Positions 1 through 9,729 are shown, counted from the stretch's first letter. The stretch is DNA of 64,000 bases from an uncultured Pseudomonadota bacterium (GCA_963736005.1 CAVTNB010000001.1:864001-928000), one strand, 5' to 3'. The notes: a model not told the origin generated them from the sequence alone. Program-made: numbers and translations.

Positions 1-2
1 AG

Positions 3-1655
3 CCGGGCGACAGCCTCGTCCTAACGTACGAGGATCTGCTGCGCGAAACGTGCCGACTCTCAAACGCGCTCAAGGAGTTGGGGATCAAGCGAGGCGACCG
101 GGTCGCGATTTACATGGGCATGGTGCCGCAATTGCCGGCCGCGCTGCTCGCGTGCTCGCGCCTTGGCGCTATCCATTCAGTCGTGTTCGGAGGTTTTTCG
201 GCGGAGAGCTTGCGCGACCGGATCAACGACGGCGAGTGCAAGGTGCTGATCACGCAGGACCAGTCCTGGCGCCGTGGCGGGAAGGTTCTTCTAAAGAACA
301 TCGCTGACGAGGCGTTACGAGGCGCGGAGTGCGTCGAAAAAGTCATTGTGCTGCGGCGCGTCGGCGACCCGGTGGATTGGCAGCCGGAACGAGACGTTTG
401 GTACCACGACATTGTCGCTCGCCAAAGCGACCAGTGCGAACCGGAGCGCATGGATGCTGAGGACGTGCTCTACATTTTATATTCGAGCGGCACGACGGCC
501 AAGCCTAAAGGGATCGTGCACACGACCGGCGGTTACTTGACCGGCGTCGCATCCACCCATCGCAACATCTTCGATATTAAAGAAGATTCCGACATCTTTT
601 GGTGCACGGCGGATATCGGATGGGTGACCGGCCATTCCTACATTGTCTACGCACCGCTTGCGAACAGGACGACAAGCGTCATCTACGAGGGCACCCCAGA
701 TTTTCCAGACAAAGATCGCTTCTGGGCCGTTGTCGAAAAATATAAGGTGACGATCCTGTACACGGCGCCAACGGCGATTCGGACATTCATGAAATGGGGC
801 ACCGAGTATCCTGCGCGCCACGACATGTCATCGTTGCGTTTGCTGGGCAGCGTGGGCGAGCCCATCAATCCCGAGGCATGGATTTGGTACCAGCAACACA
901 TCGGCGGAGGCCGCTGCCCCGTGGTGGATACATGGTGGCAGACGGAGACGGGCATGATCTTGATTTCACCTCTGCCGGGAATCACCGCCACAAAACCGGG
1001 GTCTGCAACATTTCCCTATCCTGGTGTTTTCGCGGACGTCGTGAACGGCGACGGTCAGCCCGTGCCGCTTGGCGGCGGCGGCTTCGTCGTCATCACCAAA
1101 CCTTGGCCGGCCATGCTGCGTACCCTGTGGAAGTCGCACGACCGCTACTTGCAAACCTACTGGAGCCGGTTTCCAAAGCAAGGCTATTATTTTCCAGCCG
1201 ACGGTTGCAAGCGTGATGAGGACGGATACTACTGGCTCCTTGGCCGCGTTGACGACGTCATGAACGTTTCCGGCCATCGCATCTCGACCACAGAAGTCGA
1301 GAGCGCCTTTGTCGATCACCCAAAAGTTGCCGAAGCCGCGGTCGTTTCAAAGAAAGACGACATCACGGGTGAAGCGATTGCAGCGTTCGTCACCCTCAAG
1401 GGCGGCGGCATTGGCTCGCAAACCGATGCCGACGAACTGCGCAAGCATGTTGCTTCGAAGATCGGCGGATTCGCGCGACCCAAATTTGTCACGTTTACCC
1501 CAGAGCTCCCCAAGACCAGATCGGGGAAGATCATGCGGCGCCTCCTGCGAGATGTCATGGAAAACCGGCCGCTCGGCGATACGACCACGCTCGCCGACGC
1601 AACGGTCGTCAAGAATCTCGCCGAAGCCGCACAATCATCGAAGGCGGAGGAGTAG
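3..1655 (+). CDS. acs: Acetyl-CoA synthetase (5' end outside window)
   Basis: YSSGTTAKPKG AMP-binding loop, TADIGWVTGHSY, DTWWQTETG, LPKTRSGKIMRR. Frame is open back to the window edge. Confidence 0.96.
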   Translation, partial: PGDSLVLTYEDLLRETCRLSNALKELGIKRGDRVAIYMGMVPQLPAALLACSRLGAIHSVVFGGFSAESLRDRINDGECKVLITQDQSWRRGGKVLLKNIADEALRGAECVEKVIVLRRVGDPVDWQPERDVWYHDIVARQSDQCEPERMDAEDVLYILYSSGTTAKPKGIVHTTGGYLTGVASTHRNIFDIKEDSDIFWCTADIGWVTGHSYIVYAPLANRTTSVIYEGTPDFPDKDRFWAVVEKYKVTILYTAPTAIRTFMKWGTEYPARHDMSSLRLLGSVGEPINPEAWIWYQQHIGGGRCPVVDTWWQTETGMILISPLPGITATKPGSATFPYPGVFADVVNGDGQPVPLGGGGFVVITKPWPAMLRTLWKSHDRYLQTYWSRFPKQGYYFPADGCKRDEDGYYWLLGRVDDVMNVSGHRISTTEVESAFVDHPKVAEAAVVSKKDDITGEAIAAFVTLKGGGIGSQTDADELRKHVASKIGGFARPKFVTFTPELPKTRSGKIMRRLLRDVMENRPLGDTTTLADATVVKNLAEAAQSSKAEE

Positions 1656-1659
1656 GAAG

Positions 1660-3555
1660 TTAGGCGCCGGCGGCGCTGAGGATGAGATCGGTGCCAAGCC
1701 CAGCTGCAAACCCAAGGAATATCCCAACCGTGGCGAGTTCTCGGAACCCAAACCTTGCCCCGACTTTCGTCATCTCTGAAATCACGTAAATGATTGCTCC
1801 AGCCGCGAGCGTTAAGAAGAGCACGGACAGCACTGGCGACACGAAGTGGTAGCCGATGACCGTTCCCAAAAACGTCGGGCCGCCGCCAATGAGACCAAGC
1901 CGGACGATCGTTGAGACCTTCGCGCCCCCCGAACCCGCCAGCGGCGCCGCGATCCCAAAACCTTCTGTCATGTTGTGCAGCCCAAACCCGATGATAAGCA
2001 GCAACGCGAGCTGAATGGCTCCTGTGGCTGCGGATTGGCCGATTGCCAATCCTTCACTGAAGTTATGCAAGCCAATGCCGGAGGCGATCATCGTTGCCAG
2101 GCCCAGGGGACTTAAGTTACCGAGCGAGGTCTTTGCAAGAAACGACCTCGAGAAAAAGACAAGGCTGAGCAAACCGACGGCAAGACCGCCGAGATAGACA
2201 AACAACAACCCCAAGAATTGCGCTCTGGGTGCACCGAGCGCGATGTTGCGGAGGGCGCTCTCGACCGGATCGCTCGCCTGGCGCAAGATGTCGAACAGTA
2301 AGAAGAACAAGATCCCAATTGCGATCGCGTTGAGAAACGCAATGCCTTTGGTTGAGAGATTCTTCATCGTCGCGAACGGCAAGCCGAAAAAGATGGTCAA
2401 GCCAGCGATCGCGCCAAGAATGTAAACGGCAATCGGCGCAAGTGGAGGGCCACCTCCCCCTGAGCCGCCTTCACCACCGCCCCCGGCCGGCGCCATCACC
2501 ATGACATCCTGGGTCGCCATGTCCTTCAATCTGTTTGGTGCGTTCTCGTATTGAATCGCCGTGACGAGACCGCCCGGACCGACCGCGCCATTCATCATGT
2601 GATCGAGCACGTGGCAATGCACCATCCACGTACCCGGCTTTGCATTTGCAACGAACGCAATGTCGCGCGTCTCTCCCGGACCGATGCTCAAAGTGACCAT
2701 CAATTGTCTGTTGGCGGGCGCCACGGTCTGACCGTCTATCGCCACCACCGCAAATCTGTGGCCGTGCAAGTGCATGGTGTGAAACTCGGTACCGCTGATG
2801 TTGATCTCGCGGATGCGCACGTGTTGGCCGCTGCGAACCATGAATGGTTTGGTGAGCGGATAACTCTTGCCGTTGATGCTAAAGTAGTTTTCTGCGTCGG
2901 ACACGATGCGCCAGGACGACAAAAGCATGAGGTAGTCGTGGTCGTAGCGTTCTTTTGGTTTCGCTTCGTCAACGACAACGGCGCCATAGAGACCGCGATC
3001 GAGCTGGTTGAGATCATCGTAGTGGGTGTGATAGATGTATGTGCCCGGGGTACTCGCCGTAAAGTTGTACACGAATGACTGGCCAGGGCCGACCGCGTTT
3101 TGGCTCATGCCGGGAACGCCATCCATGTCTGCGTCGACGGGCAGCCCATGCCAGTGAATTGTCGTTGGCTCAGGCAAGTTGTTGACCAGCACGACCTGGA
3201 CGCGGTCGCCTTCGCGAACATGAATTGTCGGGCCAGGGACGGTTCCGTCAAAAGTCCAGGCCTGTTGAACGACTCCAGGAGCGACTTCCCATGGCGCCAC
3301 CTCCGCGTACAGGCAAAATGTTTTCACCTTCGCCTGAGAAACTGGCGGTAGCGAGGGAAGCAGATCGAAATCGGCTTTCGCTTGAGCCTCGGCGCTCTCC
3401 CGAACCGACGGTTGCTGCAGACAACGCGCGCTTGCGCTGTCTGACCCGGTGGCATGGGAAGGTTGCATCGGCATCGAGAGCGCCGCGGCACGCAAGGTCA
3501 CAAGGAATGCCAACGCGAGCGGGAGGACCATTAAACGAAGAGCATTGATTCTCAC
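1660..3555 (-). CDS. Fusion: secreted two-domain multicopper oxidase + ZIP-family divalent metal transporter
   Basis: Signal peptide; Cu motifs HWHG, YHTH, HTMHLHGH, HCHVLDH; Gly-rich linker; multi-TM domain with GIGLHNFSEG and GLHNMTEG ZIP motifs. GTG start overlaps the upstream stop (GTGA). Confidence 0.9.
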   Translation of the reverse strand: MRINALRLMVLPLALAFLVTLRAAALSMPMQPSHATGSDSASARCLQQPSVRESAEAQAKADFDLLPSLPPVSQAKVKTFCLYAEVAPWEVAPGVVQQAWTFDGTVPGPTIHVREGDRVQVVLVNNLPEPTTIHWHGLPVDADMDGVPGMSQNAVGPGQSFVYNFTASTPGTYIYHTHYDDLNQLDRGLYGAVVVDEAKPKERYDHDYLMLLSSWRIVSDAENYFSINGKSYPLTKPFMVRSGQHVRIREINISGTEFHTMHLHGHRFAVVAIDGQTVAPANRQLMVTLSIGPGETRDIAFVANAKPGTWMVHCHVLDHMMNGAVGPGGLVTAIQYENAPNRLKDMATQDVMVMAPAGGGGEGGSGGGGPPLAPIAVYILGAIAGLTIFFGLPFATMKNLSTKGIAFLNAIAIGILFFLLFDILRQASDPVESALRNIALGAPRAQFLGLLFVYLGGLAVGLLSLVFFSRSFLAKTSLGNLSPLGLATMIASGIGLHNFSEGLAIGQSAATGAIQLALLLIIGFGLHNMTEGFGIAAPLAGSGGAKVSTIVRLGLIGGGPTFLGTVIGYHFVSPVLSVLFLTLAAGAIIYVISEMTKVGARFGFRELATVGIFLGFAAGLGTDLILSAAGA

Positions 3556-4301
3556 TTCACCGACCGCATCTTGGCGTGCTCGGCCTCAGACTTCTTGACC
3601 GGCGCGACGAGAATGTCACTCGCCAGCTGCGAGCTGATCGTGTGTTCTTCACCGCCCACACAAATGGTCAACAACCCCGCTGCGCGCTCACGCCGCGCGA
3701 CGCGTAGTCTCACCCCCGGCCGCAATCCAACATCCGACAGAAATCTCAAGAGCTCTGGGATGTCGTGCTTCACTTCGAGGATAGACGCTTCCGTGTTGAG
3801 CGGCAGATCGAAAAGATCGACGGCCTCTTCGTGATGCCAAAGCGTGCCGTCAGCATGCGGAATCGGATGCCCGTGTGGGCAGGTGGCGGGGTGGTTGAGA
3901 AACTTTGCCAAGTGCTCTTCGACTGCTGGAGAAATTGCATGCTCGAGTCGGCACGCCTCATTGCCCGCAACTTCCCACGACATGCCAAGACAATCCACGA
4001 GCAGCCGTTCGGCTAACCGTTGCCGCCGGAGAATAACGGCGCCGATTCGCGCGCCCTTGGGAGTGGGCACGACGCCGTGGCGTCCTTCATGCATGACATA
4101 GCCGTCGGCGTCAAGCCGCTTGAGCATCGCCGAAACTGACGCTGGAGAAATCGCCAACTCCTGAGCAACAGCCGATGTCGAAACAGGTTCCTCACCCTCG
4201 TACAAACGCACGATGGATTTAAGGTACATCTCGACGTTTGGGCTGATCTCAGGTTCGTCGGCTTCGGGAGACGGCGGAAACTTCAGGGCGGAATTGTTCA
4301 T
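3552..4301 (-). CDS. DtxR/MntR-family metal-dependent repressor with C-terminal FeoA/SH3-like domain
   Basis: EMYLKSI wHTH, ACRLEHAIS, CPHGHPIP, LSDVGLRPG. Confidence 0.93.
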   Translation of the reverse strand: MNNSALKFPPSPEADEPEISPNVEMYLKSIVRLYEGEEPVSTSAVAQELAISPASVSAMLKRLDADGYVMHEGRHGVVPTPKGARIGAVILRRQRLAERLLVDCLGMSWEVAGNEACRLEHAISPAVEEHLAKFLNHPATCPHGHPIPHADGTLWHHEEAVDLFDLPLNTEASILEVKHDIPELLRFLSDVGLRPGVRLRVARRERAAGLLTICVGGEEHTISSQLASDILVAPVKKSEAEHAKMRSVK

Positions 4302-4323
4302 CGACGGCAGCTCCGACGGGTGT

Positions 4324-4363
4324 AATTAGGCTTGCCTTATTCTTCACTTAGGCACGTCAATTC
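4324..4363. promoter_or_regulatory. Putative DtxR/MntR-type operator plus a weaker second site
   Basis: AATTAGGC-TT-GCCTTATT (4324-4341, one mismatch from a palindrome) and ACTTAGGC 22 bp later, just upstream of the regulator ATG. Resembles TTAGG-N4-CCTAA boxes. Confidence 0.6.
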
Positions 4364-4517
4364 TTCTAAATCAGGGCTGCCACAACGTTGCGGGTTGAGG
4401 GCGCAGATTCAGGATCGAGCCGTTGACGCGGGTCACATTGCGGGACGCAGGTTAGCGAGGCGCAACTCGGGCAATAAGTGGGTCGTTGAACTAATGCGGA
4501 GGTAACCACGCATTTAG

Positions 4518-4988
4518 ATGAAGCTAAAGATTATTGCCGGCGTGCTAGTCGCGCTGCTGTTTGTGTCGATGACACCGGGGCCGCGGGCTTTAGCCGATGG
4601 GGCAGCGAGCACGCGAAACATTCTGCTCGGGATTGGCGCGGCGGCAGGCACGCTCCTTATCATTAATCACAACAAGCAGGTGCACGCCAAATATGCCCAA
4701 GATGCCGCGGCGCAGGCTGCGCTCGCCAATCAACGCAACGATGCCGAAGCCGCCTATCAGTCAGAGGTTCGTGCGTACAAACATCAAGTTGCCGTTAGCG
4801 ACAATCTCCAGAAAGAGGTTGCACTCCAGGACGCTACTATCCAGCAGCAAAAAAAGCAGCTAGCGGAGGTAGGGGTATCCGTGCAGCCAGTTGCGCAAGC
4901 ACCGGTCATCCATGCCGGAAGCTCGCACTCAGCGCCGGCGAAGATGGCGATGAGTCAGATGGTTTCGTACGGTTGGGGAACGCTCTAG
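4518..4988 (+). CDS. Secreted/membrane hypothetical protein with coiled coil
   Basis: Signal peptide ending ALA, hydrophobic segment, Gln/Ala-rich helix; GGAGG upstream. Confidence 0.75.
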   Translation: MKLKIIAGVLVALLFVSMTPGPRALADGAASTRNILLGIGAAAGTLLIINHNKQVHAKYAQDAAAQAALANQRNDAEAAYQSEVRAYKHQVAVSDNLQKEVALQDATIQQQKKQLAEVGVSVQPVAQAPVIHAGSSHSAPAKMAMSQMVSYGWGTL

Positions 4989-5068
4989 AGGCATTACGGA
5001 AAACAACGGTGAGAGCGCTGCCTTTGTGAGGCGGCGCCTCATCACGTGAACATGACGATGAAAGGCGG

Positions 5069-5467
5069 ATGGGGATGAAAAGAGTATGGGGTGCCGCCTG
5101 TGCGGTACTGCTTCTCGGTGTTTTTAGTTTGTCGGGATGCGGCAGCAAGGGCGGGGCGGCCAACACGGAAACGAACCTTACAGATCAGGTTACCCGTGCG
5201 GTGTACAATAACGACATGGCCGGAGTAACTTCAAACTTCAACAGCGATCTGGCTCCTCAGGTCACGCGAGCGAGTGTCGGTACGCTTTCCGACAAGATGC
5301 ACGCGCTTGGTAACTACCAAGGCCTTACTGAGGCGGCGACGGACGTCCCATCGCGACGCTATACGTTCGATGCGAAGTTCGATAACGGTGATATGACCGT
5401 CCTCGTCCGCCTTGACACAAATGGGAAGATCGCGGCATATCGCATAGTCCCAGGCGCGCCTCACTAA
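5069..5467 (+). CDS. Small lipoprotein (DUF3887/NTF2-like)
   Basis: Lipobox LSGC; compact domain ending GKIAAYRI. Confidence 0.7.
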   Translation: MGMKRVWGAACAVLLLGVFSLSGCGSKGGAANTETNLTDQVTRAVYNNDMAGVTSNFNSDLAPQVTRASVGTLSDKMHALGNYQGLTEAATDVPSRRYTFDAKFDNGDMTVLVRLDTNGKIAAYRIVPGAPH

Positions 5468-5470
5468 AAT

Positions 5471-5617
5471 GTAGGGGGCGATTGGAAAATCGCCCCTTCG
5501 TCTTGTGTAGCGGCGACTGTAAAGTCACCCTTTCTTTTGCGTAGCGGGCGACTGTCAAGCGCCATGTAGGGGGCGATTGGAAAATCGCCCCTTAGCAGCG
5601 GACCTTTAGGTCCGCTC
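5471..5617 (+). repeat. Mosaic cluster of five GTAG-type REPs (families A, B, B, A, C)
   Basis: A GTAGGGGGCGATTGGAAAATCGCCCC at 5471-5496 and 5566-5591; B at 5507-5530 and 5541-5563; C TTAGCAGCGGACCTTTAGGTCCGCTC at 5592-5617. Lies between convergent genes. Confidence 0.92.
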
Positions 5618-6616
5618 AGCGACGAACGCCTCGAGTTCCTTCACCCAGCCCTGCTTCTGCTCATCGGCGGCAAACGACATTCGCAAACTATTGCGCGCGA
5701 GATTTATGACATCTTCGCGCGCAAGGCCGAGGGCCATGGCCTGTTCGAACTCATCGAGAATTGTAGAACCGAAAAACGCTGGATCATCGCTGCTCAGCGT
5801 CGCAGAGATGCCCCGCGCCAGGAAAGCTTTCAAGGGATGCTCGGCCTCTTGATTCCAAACACCTGTGACACGATTGCTCGCAAGACAGCAATCGATGCCA
5901 ACTTGGCGCTGGGCGATCAATCGCATAACAGCATCCTCTTCCGCCGCCGCGACGCCATGGCCAATGCGCTCCGCACCTAAAATCTCGATTGCATCCGAAA
6001 CGCTTTGGGGTCCGGCCGCTTCACCGGCGTGTGCGGTTCTTCGCAAACCGAGTTTCCCCGCGCGATCAAAAGACTTGAAGAAGTCGCGCGCCGGAAAATT
6101 CCGTTCGTCTCCACCTAGCCCCACTCCGACTACGCCGTAGGCCATGCATTGTTGTGCGAGGTCGACGTCAGCCAAGGCCGCGTCATCACCAAGGTTGCGG
6201 ACCATGTCGAAGATGAGCAGGCTTGACACCCCGTGGATTGCCTTCGCTTGCTCGGCAGCTGCATATATGGCCTGAACGATGCCGGGAAGATCTGCGTGCT
6301 CATGAAAATGGCGAATGGTTGCGGGTGAGAAGAAAAATTCCACGTGACGCACGCCGTGTTGCGCGCTCTTGCCCAGATACTCTTGGGTAATGTCCGCAAA
6401 GTCTTCCGGCTCGCGCATCGTTTTGGCCACGCCAAGAAACGCGTGCAGAAACGATTCGAAGTCAGCGCATTGGAATAAAGAGGCAATGTCCGAGGGTAGA
6501 GTGACACCGTTGCGCTGCGCGATACGCTCGTAAGCTTGCGGCGAAACCGTTCCTTCTAAATGAACGTGAAGCTCAGCTTTGGGAAGGTCGCGTAGCCAAG
6601 GACGAAGATCCCTCAC
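5606..6616 (-). CDS. add: Adenosine/adenine deaminase
   Basis: PKAELHVHLEG, HAGEAAG, RIGHG, SSDDP. Confidence 0.92.
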   Translation of the reverse strand: MRDLRPWLRDLPKAELHVHLEGTVSPQAYERIAQRNGVTLPSDIASLFQCADFESFLHAFLGVAKTMREPEDFADITQEYLGKSAQHGVRHVEFFFSPATIRHFHEHADLPGIVQAIYAAAEQAKAIHGVSSLLIFDMVRNLGDDAALADVDLAQQCMAYGVVGVGLGGDERNFPARDFFKSFDRAGKLGLRRTAHAGEAAGPQSVSDAIEILGAERIGHGVAAAEEDAVMRLIAQRQVGIDCCLASNRVTGVWNQEAEHPLKAFLARGISATLSSDDPAFFGSTILDEFEQAMALGLAREDVINLARNSLRMSFAADEQKQGWVKELEAFVAERT

Positions 6617-7473
6617 GTACGCTTATACCCGCGTAAGTAGGCGAGCGTCTGCTGATCGATTGTGCCGTCGCTGCGTACGCGATCTTCAAGATTTTCGCGA
6701 TGCATGAAATTGACCAGCGCTGCCGCGGCGCCAGCATCGTAGGTTGATCCCGCCTGCAACTCGCCCGCTTGGACAAGCAAACCGCAAATTTCGGATCCCA
6801 GAGCGGGAGTTATCAGCAATATCTCTTCAGGTGCCGGTTTAAAGAAATAGAGTTTGTGCAGCTCGAGAATGCGGGCGAGCTCTTCTATTGGTTCGGGGTG
6901 ATCGTCCACACGCAAGTCGACATATCGATCGTTGAAGCCGCTGTAGCCACCCCCCGGTTTTGTGATGTAGAGTGCGGCGGATTGCTTGCCCCGTCGATCG
7001 CCACCGGCAGCCTGTCCGGCTCGAAGCGCGGCAATCAGTCGGTCCGCCAAGTGGCCTCTCGAGCCGAGTAATGCGTCGGCCATTTCTCTCACGACAGCTG
7101 GGCCAGCGAGAATGTTCCCTTGCGCGGCGAAGTTGTGCTGCGAGATGCCGCCTGCCCAATCCATGCAGCCGCTGCCTGTGTACGTTGCGGATCGCCCCTG
7201 CGCGTCTACGATGCCGACCTGGCGCTGGGCCGCTTCAGCATCGCTTGATGTCAGAATGTCAATGACGTCTTGAGGATCGTGACCGCCTTGCAAGAGTTCC
7301 AAGCCACGAGGTCCGTAGCTCGTATTTGCCCACGCCTGCGTTGCGATCGCCCCAACACCACCTATTGCCCAAGGCACGGCGGAACCAACGGCAAGAAATT
7401 TAGATTGCACGGCAACGCCGAGTTCGTCTGATGCATCGTCAAACGCGACAATGGAAAATGTCGAAGCCCCCAC
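6613..7473 (-). CDS. DUF1028 Ntn-hydrolase-like protein with C-terminal putative peptidoglycan-binding domain
   Basis: TFSIVA...GVAVQSKFLAVG, AGGDRRGKQSAAL, DLRVDDHPEP. Confidence 0.88.
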   Translation of the reverse strand: MGASTFSIVAFDDASDELGVAVQSKFLAVGSAVPWAIGGVGAIATQAWANTSYGPRGLELLQGGHDPQDVIDILTSSDAEAAQRQVGIVDAQGRSATYTGSGCMDWAGGISQHNFAAQGNILAGPAVVREMADALLGSRGHLADRLIAALRAGQAAGGDRRGKQSAALYITKPGGGYSGFNDRYVDLRVDDHPEPIEELARILELHKLYFFKPAPEEILLITPALGSEICGLLVQAGELQAGSTYDAGAAAALVNFMHRENLEDRVRSDGTIDQQTLAYLRGYKRT

Positions 7474-7518
7474 AGTATCAGTGGAGGTACGGTATGACGG
7501 CCCCGCTAACCTAGCACG

Positions 7519-7573
<55 letters not shown>

Positions 7574-7592
<19 letters not shown>

Positions 7593-7981
7593 TTCCCACT
7601 ACGCCCGACCTTAACCACAGCCTCCGCGCTTCGCCGTATCGGTAGTATGTAGGCCACCTTCGCTTTCCGCTGTTTCGAATCCAAGGATATCTCGGCGACG
7701 AAAGCGTGAATTGCCGTTCGCAGTTCAACGCGGTCAACGCTGTGCGATTGGTCTGCGAGTGTCTTTAGGCGTTCCTTCAGTTCATCAACGTTGTGTGGGA
7801 TCTGACTCGCTCGTGACAACTCCAGCGTCGCTAAGGCCTTGCTATCCGAGGCGACCTGCTGTTCCAACTCCTCGTAGCGTGCATTTATGGACTTCGGCAT
7901 GGCTCCATCCTCGAAATTAAGGCGCAGGTTTTGCTGCTTGCGCATATTGTCGTTTATGCTATCGCGTAATGTGTGAAGCAT
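7574..7981 (-). pseudogene. 3' remnant of a probable large serine recombinase reading into the tRNA 3' end
   Basis: Coiled coil then ELRTAIHAFVAEISLD...YILPIRR...GNCGGWI*, ending inside the tRNA. No catalytic N-terminal domain present. Confidence 0.65.
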
Positions 7982-8093
7982 TGGAATTGATTTTAGCCTC
8001 GCTGACGCCGAAGCAAAGCGTCAGAATTTACGGCAAGCCGACATCATCACCAGCACAAAGCACGTGTGCCTGGGCGTTAGGCTCCAGGAGAAA

Positions 8094-8140
8094 TGGCGCG
8101 ATCTAGCCGATTTTCTGAGTTGCCACGGCGCGAAGGCGCG
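8094..8140 (+). repeat. 47-bp direct repeat, copy 1 (ankyrin-tail-like gene remnant)
   Basis: 40/47 identical to 8987-9033; encodes WRDLADFLSCHGAKA. Confidence 0.7.
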
Positions 8141-8381
8141 AAAGGAATAGTCCGACTTGGGCAATACTTTCAGAGTCCGATGATGATGGATGTCCGTCCA
8201 CGGTACTTGGACGTTTTGCTTCGGATCGTAACCACAGAACGTTGAGCCGCATAGTGTAATCGCTGGGGGCACCTTTCGTAGTCTGCTCGGGTCAAGTTGG
8301 AAGTGGTTTCAATGCAACGGCGTCTTGCATGTTGGAACCCACCAGACCCAGAAGTCTCCCAACGCCAGAGGAAAGCCAACC

Positions 8382-8912
8382 ATGTCACTTGCGCTATGGA
8401 GCGTTATTCTTGCGTTGTTCACGCTCGTTGTTATTTCCGTCACAGCAGTGGCGGCGCTCATCCACATGCACCATGCCAGGCAAAGCAACCAGATAGCAGC
8501 GCTCATGCAATACAGAAATCTACAGGAAGAACCCAATGTTCGAGCGGCGTTCGCCTTTGTCTATCAACACCTATCAGATCAATTGCATGACCCGAGTTTC
8601 CGCGCTGCGCTAGAGGATGGAAACTTTACAACCCCTGCATTGGCACAGTTTGTGCGGATAGGCCTCTTGTTTGAGGATATGGGGGCGCTCGTGAAATACG
8701 ATATCCTTGATGCGACACTCGTATGCGATTTGTGGTCAAAGCGCATCGACCGGTGCTGGACGATCATGAGACCGGCGATTGAAATTTCTCGAATCAAACA
8801 TGGCCCTGCACTGCTAGAGAACTTCGAATATTTAACTGTGCTTGCTCGCAAATGGATAGCTAACCATCCGCATGGGGTCTTCCCGAAGAACGTACCGCGG
8901 TTGCACGAGTAG
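8382..8912 (+). CDS. Membrane-anchored DUF4760-like hypothetical protein
   Basis: AGAGGA RBS before ATG 8382; N-terminal TM; FEDMGALVKYDILD...CDLWS...ENFEYL. Confidence 0.7.
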   Translation: MSLALWSVILALFTLVVISVTAVAALIHMHHARQSNQIAALMQYRNLQEEPNVRAAFAFVYQHLSDQLHDPSFRAALEDGNFTTPALAQFVRIGLLFEDMGALVKYDILDATLVCDLWSKRIDRCWTIMRPAIEISRIKHGPALLENFEYLTVLARKWIANHPHGVFPKNVPRLHE

Positions 8913-8986
8913 CGGGTGCTGATGCCGCGCAACCACGAAGACCCGCCAGCGCGATTATCGAGATCGCGTTGCTTGAGTTGCTGAAC

Positions 8987-9033
8987 TGGCGGGAACTGGC
9001 CGATGTTCTGCGCCGCCACGGCGCGAAGGCGCG
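8987..9033 (+). repeat. 47-bp direct repeat, copy 2
   Basis: Encodes WRELADVLRRHGAKA; last 19 bp identical to copy 1. Confidence 0.7.
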
Positions 9034-9103
9034 TGGAGACTACCCGGAAAAATATGCCAACTTCGGATCCGAAGCACACTTGGGGATTACCTACAAAAAG
9101 CGA

Positions 9104-9364
9104 TTAGAATGAAATGGCGACGTTATCGGGTGCAAATTCTTTCAGCCCATCTAACAAACGGCCTAAGTGACGCGTACTCAAGAATGCGTTATATACTGCA
9201 AAAATTAAGAAAAAGACGCCACCATATCTATAGAATAAGATTCGCCCACGCGTGCTGAAAAGTCGTCCACGCGCGAGCATCCGTTCAGGTATAAAAAGCC
9301 ATAAAGTGCCAACAGTGGCTTCCACTACTGCAATGAGTAAGAAGCTAAAGTGATACTGCACCAC
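9104..9364 (-). CDS. Small AT-rich two-TM hypothetical protein
   Basis: Two hydrophobic stretches in an AT-rich patch; GTG start. Confidence 0.45.
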   Translation of the reverse strand: MVQYHFSFLLIAVVEATVGTLWLFIPERMLARGRLFSTRGRILFYRYGGVFFLIFAVYNAFLSTRHLGRLLDGLKEFAPDNVAISF

Positions 9365-9399
9365 AATACTTTAGGAAGCCCCGCCCCGCCGTAGTGGCC

Positions 9400-9504
9400 C
9401 TGTGGCTAAGGTCAGTTCGTTAGGGAATTGCGGGGGATGGGAGTTTCCGTTAGGACCGACCGAACCAGGAGGAGTCACAGCGCTAATCCCCATCGCGTTT
9501 TGAC
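9400..9504 (-). repeat. Inverted att-like junction containing the tRNA-fMet 3' core
   Basis: Reverse complement of 9415-9504 aligns with 16299-16389. The next bases (GACCTTAGCCACAG) match GACCTTAACCACAG downstream of the tRNA. Confidence 0.85.
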
Positions 9505-9523
9505 CAACCGAGCAAGCACCAAG

Positions 9524-9630
9524 CGCCGTATCGGTAGAACATAGGCGACTTTCGCCTTGCGCACTCTTGAGTCCAGAGAAATCTCGGCAACAAAGGCATG
9601 AATTGCCGCTCTCAGTTCCTTACGATCCGA
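9524..9630 (-). pseudogene. Second recombinase 3' remnant
   Basis: Translates SDRKELRAAIHAFVAEISLDSRVRKAKVAYVLPIRR, homologous to the tail of 7574-7981. Confidence 0.8.
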
Positions 9631-9696
9631 AGTGCCGCGACCGTGATCCTTTCCTGCTTGCGTTCCTCAGGGGGCCCGACTTCCGTTGCAGGACCG

Positions 9697-9729
9697 CCTT
9701 AACGACCCCTTAACTATTCCTTAACTATT
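9697..9729 (+). promoter_or_regulatory. Three 11-bp tandem direct repeats (Pho-box/OmpR-PhoB-type site)
   Basis: CCTTAACGACC-CCTTAACTATT-CCTTAACTATT, 75 bp upstream of the TonB receptor start. Confidence 0.65.
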
